Source: Squalus acanthias | Taxonomy: Eukaryota | Reading direction: 5' to 3' | Length of the DNA stretch: 64,000 bases | Assembly: GCA_030390025.1 (NCBI GenBank) | Contig: JASTWF010000035.1 | Location: 3,658,001-3,722,000 of the forward strand | In this document: one piece after another, positions 39,243 to 51,269 of the stretch | How positions within the stretch are numbered: the first letter of the stretch is position 1 | Layout of the letters: each line of letters starts with the position of its first letter | Position numbers and translations under genes: made by a program | Notes under the pieces: generated by a model | The model's database searches: none | Told to the model about the DNA's origin: nothing | What the model saw: only the letters and a program-made list of their open reading frames with translations

Positions 39243-41453
39243 TACCCTCCAAATAGTAAAATAGAGGTTGGGGAGGGCATCACGAGGGAAATTAGAGAAG
39301 CGTGCAATAAGAGCACAGCTGTCATCATAGGTGACTTTAACTTACATATAGATTGGACTAGCCTAATCAGTAAAAATAATGAGGAGGAGGAATTCCTTGA
39401 GTGTTTAAGGGATGGTTATCTGGATCAATATGTCGAGGAACCAACTCGGGAACAGGCTATATTGGACTGGGTACTGTGCAATGAGAAGGGACTAATTAGT
39501 AATCTTGTTGTACGGGGACCCTTGGGTCAGAGCGATCATAACATGATCGATTTCTCACTCGAAATGGAGAGCGAAGAAATTGACTCAGAGACTCAGGTCC
39601 TGAATTTAAACAAGGGGAATTATGATGCCATTAGACGGGAACTGAGTAGGTCTGATTGGACAACGTTCCTGGGAGGACTGGAGGTAGATAAACAATGGCA
39701 AGCATTTAAAGATAGAATGACAAAATTGCAAAAATTGTTTATACCAATCTGGCATAAAAGGAAATCTAAAAAGGTGACTCAACCGTGGATAACAGGGGAA
39801 ATTAGAGACAGCATAAAATCCAAAGATAGGGCGTATAAAATAGCCAAAAAACGCGCCAGAGCGGAAGATTGGGAACAGTTTAAGATAGAGCAAAGGAGGG
39901 CAAAGGGCTTAATCAAGAAGGGCAAAATAGCTTACGAAAGCAAGCTGGCGGAAAATATAAAAACTAACTCCAAAAGCTTTTATAAGTATATCAAGAGGAA
40001 AAGACTGGTGAAAACCAAAGTTGGTCCATTGCAGTCAGATACGGGGGAATATATAATGGGAAATAAGGAAATGGCAGACCAACTAAATGCATACTTTGGG
40101 TCAGTCTTTACGAAGGAAGACACAAACAACCTCCCTGGGATATCGGGAAAAATAGGGACATTGGCAAAGGAGGAACTGACGCAAATCAATATCTCTAAGG
40201 ATATGGTGTTAAGGAAGCTAAAGGGATTGAAGGCGGACAAATCCCCAGGGCCTGATAACATGCATCCTAGGGTACTGAAGGAGGTGGCCCTAGAGATAGC
40301 GGATGCACTAAGCATGATTTTTCAGAATTCATTAGACTCGGGAACAGTGCCCATGGATTGGAGGGTAGCTAACGTTACCCCACTATTCAAAAAGGGGGGT
40401 AGGGAAAAAGCAGGTAATTACAGACCTGTAAGCCTTACATCAGTTGTGGGCAAAATGCTGGAGTCCATCATTAAGGATGAAATAGCCGAGCACTTAGCAA
40501 ATGGGGACAGGATAGGACAGAGTCAACATGGATTTACAAAGGGTAAATCGTGCTTGACTAATCTATTGGAATTTTTTGAGGGAGTAACTGGTAAAATAGA
40601 TGGGGGAGAGCCAGTAGATGTGGTGTACCTGGACTTCCAAAAGGCCTTCGATAAGGTCCCACATAAAAGATTAGCATGGAAAATTGAAGCTCATGGGATA
40701 AAGGGGAAAGTATTGACGTGGATAGAGAACTGGCTGTCAGATAGAAAACAGAGAGTTGGAATAAACGGCTCATTTTCTGAATGGCAGGCAGTAACAAGTG
40801 GGGTACCACAGGGATCTGTCCTGGGTCCCCAGCTGTTCACAATTTATATTAATGACCTGGATCAGGGAGTCGAATGCAGCATTTCCAAATTTGCAGACGA
40901 CACTAAACTAGGAGGGGGGGTGGGCTCAGAGGAGGAGACCAGGAAGCTCCAGAGCGATTTGGACAGACTGGGTGATTGGGCGGATAAATGGCAGATGCAC
41001 TATAATGTGGACAAGTGCGAAGTTATCCACCTTGGGTGCAGGAACGGGAGGGCAAATTATTATTTAAATGGCAATAAATTGGGAGAGGGGGAAGTACAGA
41101 GAGACCTGGGTGTTCTTGTACACCAGTCACTGAAGGCGAGCATGCAGGTGCAACAGGCGGTCAAGAAGGCAAACGGTATGCTGGCCTTCATAGCAAAAGG
41201 GTTGGAATACAGGAACAGGGATACCTTGCTGCAGCTGTACAGGGCACTGGTGAGACCACACCTCGAGTACTGTGTACAGTTTTGGTCGCCTCATCTGAGG
41301 AAAGATGTTCTTGCCATGGAGGGGGTGCAGCGGCGATTCACCAGGCTGATACCAGGAATGGCGGGATTGACCTATGAGGAGAGACTATGTAGTTTAGGGA
41401 TGTACACACTGGAGTTTAGAAGATTGAGAGGGGACCTCATAGAAGTGTATAAA
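39243..41453 (+). mobile_element. Young CR1 of the same family, lacking both ends (ORF 39462-41468)
   Basis: 668-aa ORF; nearly identical to the 37316 copy over the shared 1.3 kb. Confidence 0.95.
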
Positions 41454-41978
41454 AGGATAAATACTTGAAGGAGAAAAATTGCAGGAATATGGGGAAAGAG
41501 TGGGGCAGTGGGACTAACTGGATTGCTCTTCGAAAGAGCCGGCGCAGACTTGATGGGCCGAATGTCCTCCTTCTGTGCTGTACTATTCTATGGCTCTCTG
41601 ATTCTAACTCTACTCTGTTACCTCTCCAAGGCCTTGATATCCTCCCAAAGTATGGTGCCCAGAATTGGCCAAAATACTCCAGCTGGGGCGTAACCAGTGA
41701 TTTATAAAGTTTCAACATAATGTCCTTGCTGTACTTTCCATATACATAGAATTATTTTACAAAGATCATCACTGAGAATTTACTGAAGCTTAAATCCATA
41801 TTTAGTAGCTGCAGTAATTGAACAGTTTTACATCTTCCTGGGAACTGCAATTTCTGCGAATATAATGGAAAATGCCATCGATTGTGCTGAATTATTGAAA
41901 TTATTTAAATCGGTAACTGTGTATGATTCTTTTAATCAGTACTTCTGTACAATTTTATAATAAGTAACTTTGCGTAAT

Positions 41979-42930
41979 CAATGACTTGGAGGAGGGGACT
42001 GAAGGGTGGATCAGTAAATTTGCTGATGACACCAAGATTGGTGGAGCAGTGGATGAGGTGGAGGGCTGTTGTCGGCTGCAAAGAGACATTGATAGGATGC
42101 AGAGCTGGGCCGAAAAATGGCAGATGGAATTTAACCCTGATAAGTGCGAGGTGATTCATTTTGGTAGGGCAAATTTGAATAAGGATTACAGGGTCAACGG
42201 CAGGGTTCTGAGGAACGTGGAGGAGCAGAGGGATCTGGGGGTTCATATCCACAGATCTCTGAAGGTTGCCACTCAAGTGGATAGAGCAGTAAAGAAGGCC
42301 TATGGTGTGTTGGCGTTTATTAACAGAGGGTTTGAGTTTAAGAACCGTGAGGTTATGCTGCAACTGTACAGGACCTTGGTGAGACCACATTTGGAATATT
42401 GTGTGCAGTTCTGGTCACCTCACTATAGGAAGGACGTGGAAGCATTGGAAAGAGTGCAAAGGAGATTTACCAGGATGCTGCCTGGTTTGGGGGGGAGGTC
42501 TTATGAGGAAAGATTGAGGGAGTTGGGGCTTTTCTCTTTAGAGCGGAGGAGGATGAGAGGCGACTTAATAGAGGTTTATAAGATGATGAGGGGGATAGAT
42601 AGAGTGGATGTTCAGAGACTATTTCCTCGGGTAGAGGCAGCTGTTACAAGGGGGCATAACTATAAGGTGCATGGGGGGACATATAGAAGGGATGTCCGAG
42701 GTAGATTCTTTACTCAGAGAGTGGTTGGGGTGTGGAATGGACTGCCTGCTGTGATAGTGGAGTCGGACACTTTAGGAACTTTCAAGCGGTTATTGGATAA
42801 GCACATGGAGCACACCAGAGTGATAGGGAGTGTGATAGCTTGATCTTGGTCTCGGACAATGCTCGGCACAACATCGAGGGCCGAAGGGCCTGTACTGTGC
42901 TGTACTGTTCTATGTTTCTATGTTTCTATG
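41979..42930 (+). mobile_element. CR1 3' fragment ending 40 bp before the FBXO41 acceptor
   Basis: ORF 41986-42843, (TTTCTATG)n tail, gtaat on both sides. Confidence 0.93.
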
Positions 42931-42970
42931 TAATGTGTGTTTTTTTCCCTCTCAATCTCTTTCCCTCCAG

Positions 42971-43089
42971 CCACCAGCCAACACGATTCAACAACCGTAG
43001 CCTACAGATGATTGGGCGCTGCTGGCCACACTTGCGAGCACTGGGAGTTGGCGGTGCAGGATGTGGACTACAGGGTCTAGCCTCTTTGG
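42971..43089 (+). CDS. FBXO41: FBXO41 internal coding exon (119 nt, phase 2-1), next after 3778-3873
   Basis: Strong pyrimidine tract ...ctctttccctccag| and donor |gtaact. Reads HQPTRFNNRSLQMIGRCWPHLRALGVGGAGCGLQGLASL. The split codon TG+C = Cys joins the previous exon in frame. Confidence 0.93.
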
Positions 43090-44199
43090 GTAACTGTCCG
43101 GATATATTTCTGGGTGTCATTTCTGATTCACGCAAATTAATTGAGTTCACAGCAGCAGAAGGTTACATGACTATAGATACAGCAGTTCACAGCATTAGGA
43201 GGTTACTATATATACAGAACGTCACAGCATCAGGAGGTTACATAGAATCATAGAATTTTACGTCAGATGGAGGCCATTCGGCCCATCATTTCTGCACCGG
43301 TTGAAAAAGAGCTATCCAGCTTAATCCCACTTTCCAGCTCTTGGTCCGTAGCCCTGTAGGTTACCACACTTTAAGTGCATGCTCCCGACTTCATTACAGC
43401 CTTGGTCTAAACATGGACAAAGGAGCTGAATTCCAGACATCAAGGCAGCATTTGATCAAGTGTAGCATCAAGGAGCACTAGTAAAACTGAAGTCAATGGG
43501 AATCGGGGGGAAAACTCTCTACTGGCTGGAGTCATACCTAGCACAAAGGAAGATGGTTGCGGTGGTTGAAGGTCAATCATCACAGCCCCAGGACATTGCT
43601 GCAGGAGTTCCTCAGGGCAGTGTCCTAGGCCCAACCATCCTCAGCTGCTTCATCAATGACCTTCCCGCCAACATAAGGTCAGAAATGGGGATGTTCGCTG
43701 ATGACTGACTGCACAGTGTTCAGTGCCACTCACAATTCCTCAGATAATGAAGCAGTCCATGCCCGCATGCAACAAGACCTGGACGACATTCAAGCTTGGG
43801 CTGATAAGTGGCAGGTATCATTCGTGCCACACAAGTGCCAGGCAATGACTATCTCCAACAAGCGAGAGTCTAACCACTTCCCCTTGACATTCAATGGCAT
43901 TACCATCGCCGAATCCCCCCACCATCAACATCCTGGGGGGTCACCATTGACCAGAAACTTAACTGGACCAGCCACATAAATACTGTGGCAACAAGAGCAG
44001 GTCAGAGGCTAGGTATTCTGCGGCGAGTGTCTCACCTCCTGACTCCCCAAAGCCTTTCCACCATCTACAAGGCACAAGTAAGGAGCGTGATAGAATACTC
44101 TCCACTTGCCTGGATGAGTGCAACTCCAACAACACTCAAGAAGCTCAACACTATCCAGGACAAAGCAGCCGTTTGATTTGCACCCCATCCACCACCTTA

Positions 44200-45707
44200 A
44201 ACATAGAAACATAGAAGATAGGAGCAGGAGTAGGCCATTCGGCCCCTCGAGCCTGCTGTGCCATTCAATGAGATCATGGCTGATCATCCAAATTCAGTAC
44301 CCTGTCCCTGCTTTCTCCCCATGTCCCTTGATCCCTTTAGCCTTAAGAAATATATCTAACTCCTTCTTGAATATATTTAATGAATTGGCCTCAACTGCCT
44401 TGTGTGGTAGAGAATTCCACAGGTTCACCACTCTGGGTGAAGAAATTCCTCCTCATCTCAGTCCTAAATGGCTTACCCCTTATCCTTAGACTGTGACTCC
44501 TGGTTCTGGACTCCCCCGCCATCGGGAACATCCTTCCTGCATCTAGTCTGTCTAGTCCTGTTAGAATTTTATAAGTTTCAATGAGATCCCCTCTCATTCT
44601 TCTAAACTCTAGCGAATATAAGCCTAATCGACCCAATCTCTCTTCATACGTCATTCCTGCCATCCCAGGTATCAGTCTGGTGAATCTTCGCTGCACTCCC
44701 TCCATGGCAAGAACATCCTTCCTCAGATAAGGCGACCAAAACTGCACACAATACTCAAGGTGTGGTCTCACCAAGGCCCTGTACAACTGCAGCAAGACAT
44801 CCTTGCTCCTGTACTCAAATCCTCTCGCTATGAAGGCCAACATACCATTTGCCTTCTTAACCGCCTGCTGCACCTGCATGCTTACCTTCAGCAACTGGTG
44901 CACAAGGACACCCAGGTCTCATTGCACTTCCCCTTTTCCCAATCTATTGCCGTTCAGATAATAATCTGCTTCCTGTTTTTGCCACCAAAGTGGATAACCT
45001 TGCATTTATCCACATTATACTGCATCTGCCATGCATCTGTCCAATCACCCAACCTGTCCAAATCATACTGGAGTTTCTCTGCATCCTCCTCACAGCACAC
45101 ACGCCCACCCAGCTTTGTGTCATCTGCAAACTTGGAGATTTTACATCTAGCTCCCTCGTCTAGATCATTAATATATATTGTGAATAACTGGGGTCCTAGC
45201 ACCGATCCCTGCGGTACCCCACTAGTCACTGCCTGCCACTCGGAAAAAGGACCATTTATTCCAACTCTTTGCTTCCTGTCTGCCAACCAGTTCTCTATCC
45301 AAGTCGGTACCTTACCCACAATCCCATGTGCTTTAACTTTACACGCTAATCTCTTATGCGGGACCTTATCGAAAGCCTTCTGAAAGTCCAAATACACCAC
45401 ATCCACTGGTTCTCCCTTATCTATTCTACCAGTTACATCCTCAAAAAATTCCAGTAGATTAGTCAAGCATGATTTACCTTTTGTAAATCCATGTTGACTT
45501 TGTCCGATCCTGTCACTGTTTTCCAAGTGCTCTGCTATTACATCTTTTATAATGGACTCTAGCATTTTCCCCACTACCGATGTCAGGCATACCGCTATAT
45601 AATTCCCCGTTTTCTCTCTACCACCCTTTTTTAAATAGTGGGGTTACATTAGCTACCCTCCAATCCATGGGGACTGTTCCAGAGTCTATAGAATTTTGGA
45701 AGATGAC
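44200..45707 (-). mobile_element. CR1 3' half
   Basis: ORFs 44391-44903 and 44954-45574. Confidence 0.93.
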
Positions 45708-45852
45708 ATTCCCTCCCTCCACCGCCGGCGTACCGTGGCTGCAGTGTACCATCTACAAGATGCAATGCAGCAACTCGCCAAGGCTTCTTCGGCAGCTCCT
45801 CCCAAACCCGCGACCTCTTCCACCTAGAAGGACAAGGGCAGCAGGCGCATGG

Positions 45853-46632
45853 TGTAAGATCCGGATCACAGGCCACACACAGATTACCCAGAAGGGTTTT
45901 AGAAGTTGTAAGGCTTTTATTAAAGAGCTACAGTTTTAAAGCATAATCAGGTGTTGCATATGGTTTAAGCCGAGTATAATAGACATGCAGCCCGTGACAG
46001 TAGGGAGCGATCTACAACTCCCGAATTGGAATGCCACGACCGGACGGACAGGGAGGCAGGACAGTGGTCTCGGATTGGGTGGATTCCTGCAGTCTGCTGC
46101 AGCGGTCACTTCCGTTGGGTCATCTCTCAAGCTGTTGGAGGTGTTCGGCCGTCAGCCACCTCAGAGGCTATACTTGACCAAGGTGTTAGGCCGTAGCCAT
46201 CTCGGGGAAGCCTTCGCCCCAAACTGCCTGATTTCCTCTCTCGGTCGTCTATAGATATAGTTATTTCGGTGGGCTGGTAATCACCTGGTGTCAATCATTT
46301 GATCCCCCATCCTATTTGTCCAATTGTGAAGCGGGGAGGCATCCCTCGCCGTCCCTTTCTGCGTGACTGACGAGGCCTCCCTCTTATCTTTCTGAGGTAT
46401 GTTTTGTTATGTTTCGTTAAGGACATTTTATGACTTTTCGGCTCCATTTTTGTCTATTATCCCCCACCCTGTGTTGTTTTGCATTTTACGATTCCCTTAT
46501 CACTTCTATTTGTCTTTTGATGCTTGATATTCGACCTTGCTGGCATTTCTGCTATCTGTTCCTGGCTGCATGTTGTCGGTCTCTGTTCTGAGAATTAAAA
46601 CCCATCTTTGAATCTAACAGCTATTTCTTACA
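45853..46632 (-). mobile_element. Solo LTR (780 bp)
   Basis: TGTAAGA...TCTTACA termini and 4-bp TSD ATGG; the host LINE rejoins. AATAAA on - at 45916-45921 and TATA-like sequence near 46250. Confidence 0.85.
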
Positions 46633-47164
46633 ATGGGAACACCACCATCTCCCAAGTTCCCCTCCAAGTCACACACCATCCTGACTTAGAAGTATATCGC
46701 CGATCCTTCTTCGTCACTGGGTCAAAATCCTGGAACTCCCTACATAACAGCACAGTGGGAGTACCTTCACCACACTGACTGCAGCGGTTCAAGAAGGCTG
46801 CTCACCACCACCTTCTCGAGGGCAATTAGGAATGGGCAATAAATGCTGGCGTTGCCAGCGATGCCCACATCCCATAAACGAATTTAAAAAAAAATCCAAG
46901 TACTTTTTAAATGTGATTAGGGTTTCTGCCTCTACCACCCTTTCAGGCAACGAGTTCCAGACCCCCACCACCCTACGGGTGAAAAAAAGTTCTACTCAAC
47001 TCCCCTCTAATCCTTCTACCTTTACTTTAAATCTAAGCCCCCTGGTTATTGACCTCTCTGCTAAGGGGTACAGGAGTAGTGCCGGAGGACTGGAGTGTTG
47101 CTAATGTTATACTACTATTCAAGAAAGGGGAGTGGGTTACACCAGAAAACTACAGGCCAGTCAA

Positions 47165-47522
47165 GAAAAAAAACCCTGATATTTATATAGCTCCTTTCAC
47201 AACTTCAGGATATCCCAAAGCGCTTTACAGCCAATTAAATACTTTTTGAAATGTAGTCACTGTTGTAATGTAGGAACGTGGCAACCAATCTGCACACAGC
47301 AAGGTCCCACAAACAGTGCCATGGGATCTTTTATGTCCACCTGAGAAAGCAGACGGGGTCTCGGTTTTAATATCTCATTCGAAAGACGGCACACTCCGAC
47401 AGTGCAGCACTCCCTCAGTACTGCACTGGAGTGTCAGCCGAAATTTATGTGCTGGAGTGGGACTTGAACCGACAACCTCTTGGCTCAGAGACGAGAGTGC
47501 TACCAACTGAGCCACGGCTGAC
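47165..47522 (-). mobile_element. tRNA-derived SINE with a Deu-domain-like core (SacSINE1/AmnSINE1-like)
   Basis: A box TGGCTCAGTTGG, B box GGTTCAAGTCC, core cagtgcagtactgagggagtgctgcactg, and an L2-like tail. Family assigned from memory. Confidence 0.72.
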
Positions 47523-48046
47523 ACAGCCTAACATTGGTGGTGGGGAAGTTATTGGAAATCATTATCAGGCACATAATAAACAAAGAAGGCTTTAGATTCC
47601 TGAGGCATTGGGACCGGTTCTGGGGGAGGTGGGACCTGTACAAGCCGGACAGGTTGCACCTTAACAGGGCCAAGACCAATATCCTCACGGGAAGGTTTGC
47701 TAATGCTGTTGGGGAGGGGAACGGGAGTGTAGATTCAGAAGTGAGAAAAGCAAAGCTGGAAATGGAAGGCAGTAAATTAGTAAGTGAGTTTGGAAGGCAA
47801 TGGAAACAAAAGCTAGAAAATAGACAACAAAGGGGGTTGGCAGTGCTTAATGGTATTTACTTCAATGCACGAAGCCTAGTGAATAAGGCAGATGAGCTGA
47901 GGGCACAGATAGACACGTGGATGTATGATACCGTAGCTATTACTGAAACATGGCTGAAAGAAGGGCAGGAGTAGCAGCTCAACATCCTGGTTACAGGGTT
48001 TTCAGACGAGATAGAGAGGGGGATAAAAAGGCATGGTGGGTCACAA

Positions 48047-48269
48047 CAGAAAACGCTGGAAAAACTCAGCAGGCCAGGCAGCATCCGTGGAGAGAGAAAG
48101 AGAGTTAACGTTTCAGGTCGATGACCTTTCATCAGTTCTGATGAAAGGTCATCGACCTGAAACGTTAACTCTCTTTCTCTCTCCACGGATGCTGCCTGGC
48201 CTGCTGAGTTTTTCCAGCGTTTTCTGTTGTTATTTCGGATTTCCAGCATCCGCAGTATTTTGCTATCGT
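48047..48269. mobile_element. Palindromic Penelope insertion with back-to-back hammerhead cores
   Basis: 14-bp TSD atggtgggtcacaa; ~92-bp arms around a TT centre at 48136-48137. Confidence 0.85.
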
Positions 48270-48436
48270 ATGGTGGGTCACAATATTGGTTGAAGAAACG
48301 ATTACAGCTGTGAGGAGGGATGATATGTTAGAAGGATCATCAAATGAGGCCATATGGGTTGAACTGAAGAACAAAAAAGGGGCAATCGCACTGCTGGAAG
48401 TGTACTATAGACCCCCAAAGTCAGAGTAAGATAGAT

Positions 48437-49714
48437 AACAACAACAACTTGTTTATCTAGCACCTTTAATGTAGTAAAACGCCCCAAGGCGCTTCACAGG
48501 AGTATTGTAAGACAAAAAAATTGACGTCGAGCCACATAAGGAGAAATTAGGGCAGGTGACCAAAAGCTTGGTCAAAGAGGTAGGTTTTAAGGAGCGTCTT
48601 AAAGGAGGAAAGAGGCGGAGAGGTTTAGGCAGGGAATTCCAGAGCTTAGGGCCTAGGCAACAGAAGGCACAGCCATCAATGGTTGAGCGATTATAATCAG
48701 GGATGCTCAAGAGGGCAGAATTAGAGGAGCGCAGATATTTCAGGGGGTGGGGAAAGGTAGTTGTGGGGCTGAAGGAGATTACAGAGATAGGGAGGGGCGA
48801 GGCCATGGAGGGATTTGAAAACAAGGATGAGAATTTTGAAATTGAGGCGTTGCTTAACTGGGAGCACAGGGGTGATGGGTGAACAGGACTTGGTGCGAGT
48901 TAGGACACGGGCTGCCGAGTTTTGGATCACCTCAAGTTTACGTAGGGTAGAATGTGGGAGGCCAGCCAGGCGTGCATTGGAATAGTCAAGTCTAGATGTA
49001 ACAAAGGCATGGATGAGGGTTTCAGCAGCTGATGAGCTGAGGCAAGGGCGGAGACAGGCAATGTTACAGAGGTGGAAATAGGCAGTCTTAGTTATGCTGC
49101 AGATATATGGTCGGAAACTCATTTCAGGGTCAAATATGACACCAAGGTTGCGAACAGTGTGGTTCAGCCTCAGACAGATGTTAGGGAGAGGGATGGAGTC
49201 AGTGGCTAGGGAACGGAGTTTGTGGCGGGGACCGAAAACAATGGCTTCGGTCTTCCCCATATTTAACTGGAGAAAATTTCTGCTCATCCAGAACTGGATG
49301 TCAGACAAGCAGTCTGACAATTTAGAAACCGTGGAGGGGTCGAGAGAAGTGGTAGTGAGGTAGAGCAGCTGGGTGTCATCAGTGTACATGTGGAAACTGA
49401 CGCTGTGTTTTCAGCTGATGTCGCCTAGGGGCAACGTGTAGATGAGAAATAGGAGAGGGCCAAGGATAGATCCTTGGGGGGACACTTGAGGTAATGATGC
49501 GGGAGCGGGAAGAGAAGCCATTGCAAGTGATTCTCTGGCTACGATTAGATAGATAAGAATGGAACCAGGTGAATGCAGTCCCACCCAGCTGGACGATGAT
49601 GGAGAGCCGTTGGAGAAGGATGGAGTAGTCAGCCGTGTCAAAGGCTGCAGACGAGTCAAGAAGGACGGATAGTTTATCTTTGTCACAGTCACAAGGGATG
49701 TCATTTGTGACTTT
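48437..49714 (-). mobile_element. L2 LINE 3' part (another fragment at ~36115-36265)
   Basis: YTDDTQL, HAFVTSRLDYSN and QNSAARVL motifs; (GTT)n tail. Confidence 0.9.
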
Positions 49715-49817
49715 GATTAGATGAGCAAATATGTAGGCAAATTTCTGAAAAGTACAAAAACAAAAGGGCAGTAATAGCAGGGGATTTCAACTACCCTAAC
49801 ATTAACTGGGATAGAAT

Positions 49818-51269
49818 AGCAAAATACTGCGGATGCTGGAAATCTGAAATAACAACAGAAAGTGCTGGATACACTCAGCAAGTCAGGCAGTGTCAAAGAG
49901 AGGAGAAACAGAGTCAACGTTTCGGGTCGAACCCTTCGTCAGAACTGGAAAAGTTTAGGGAGGAGAGATGTTTAAGCAGGGGCAGGGAGGAGGGGAGGAA
50001 AGAACAAAGGGAAGGTCTGTGATGGGTTGGAAGGCAGGAGAGATTGACTGACAAAAGGGGATGATAGTGTAAGGCAAAAGGTAATGGGACACGTTAAGAA
50101 ACAAAAGATGGTTCCAGATGATGTGTGGACGATGATGGCAGCAACATTAACAGCTATCGTGAGGAAACGAGAAGAAAAAAAAGGAAAAAAGAACTACAGG
50201 GGCCAATTTATAGTTAAATCTTACAATTTAGTATACTGTATTCGCTGCTCATGATGCGGTCTCCTCTACATTGGGGAGACCAAACGCAGATTGGGTGACC
50301 GCTTTGCAGAACACCTCCGTTCAGTCCGCAAGCGTGACCCCGAGCTTCCAGTCGCCTGTCACTTTAATTCTCCCCTCCACTCTCACTCTGACATCTCTGT
50401 CCTCGGCCTCTTACATTGTTCCAACGAAGCTCAATGTAAGCTCGAGGAACAGCACCTCATCTTTCTATTAGGCACTTTACAGCCTTCTGGACTCAACACC
50501 GAGTTCAACAATTTCAAACTATAAATTGGCCCCTGTAGTTCATTTTTTTTCTTCTCTTGTTTCCTCACATGATAGCTGTTAATGTTGCCGCCATCATCTA
50601 GAACTATCTTTTGTTTCTTAACTTGTCCTATTACCTTTTGCCCTACACTATCATCCCCTTTTGTCATTCAATCTCTCCTGCCTTCCATCCCATGATGTGG
50701 AGATGCCGGTGTTGGACTGGAGTGGACAAATGTGAGAAGTCGCACAACACCAGGTTATAGTCCAACAGGTTTATTTGAAATCACAAGCTTTCGGAGCGCT
50801 GCTCCTTCATCAGGTGAAGTGAAGAGATGCATATAGGCACAGCATATATAGTCAGAGAACACTGCCAGGCGATTACAGTTAATCTTTCTAACTGCCCTTT
50901 ATCACACCTCGGCAGAGAGACAATCACGGCAATCAAAGGTGTGAATGGTGTCCAAACAGGTCAGTCAGGAAAATATTACATCAAAGACAATGAGGTGGGG
51001 TCACAGGGGGTCAAATGTGGCAGATGCTGGTGTCTGTATGGAAAACAAAAAACTTTTTTTGCTGGAAATCACAGCAGGTCCGGCCACATCCATCCCATCA
51101 CAGACCTTCGCTTTGTTCTTTCCTCCCCTCCTCCCTGCCCCTGCTTAAACATCTCTCCTCCCTAACCTTTTCCAGTTCTGACGAAAGGTTCGACCCAAAA
51201 CCTTGACTCTGTTTCTCCTCTCTTCGATGCTGCCTGACCTGCTGAGTGTTTCCACCACTTTCTGTTGTT
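49818..51269 (+). mobile_element. Penelope element with an inverted terminal repeat and GIY-YIG endonuclease remnant (50225-50524); nested Penelope-type piece at 50694-51088
   Basis: LVYCIRCS*CGLLYIGETKR...GLN; 17-bp TSD attaactgggatagaat; inner TSD tccatcccat. Confidence 0.88.

Larger units (their letters stand above)
43381..46890 (+). mobile_element. Divergent CR1-clade LINE (43381-44200, 45708-45852, 46633-46890); related pieces at 14880-15021, 25807-25950 and 61876-62415
   Basis: QGSVLGP and FADD motifs; 3' end gggcaataaatgctggc...cccacatccc followed by an A-rich tail. Confidence 0.8.

Noticed and set aside
41790..41957. Short open frame with a possible donor (tcg|gtaact) in unique DNA
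   Set aside because: Weak acceptor, incompatible phase, and the two FBXO41 exons already join with no missing residues.
42840..43253. 137-aa ORF as a standalone gene
   Set aside because: CR1 tail plus intron plus the FBXO41 exon read through in one frame.
47450..47522. tRNA gene
   Set aside because: It has A and B boxes but runs on into a SINE body and tail.
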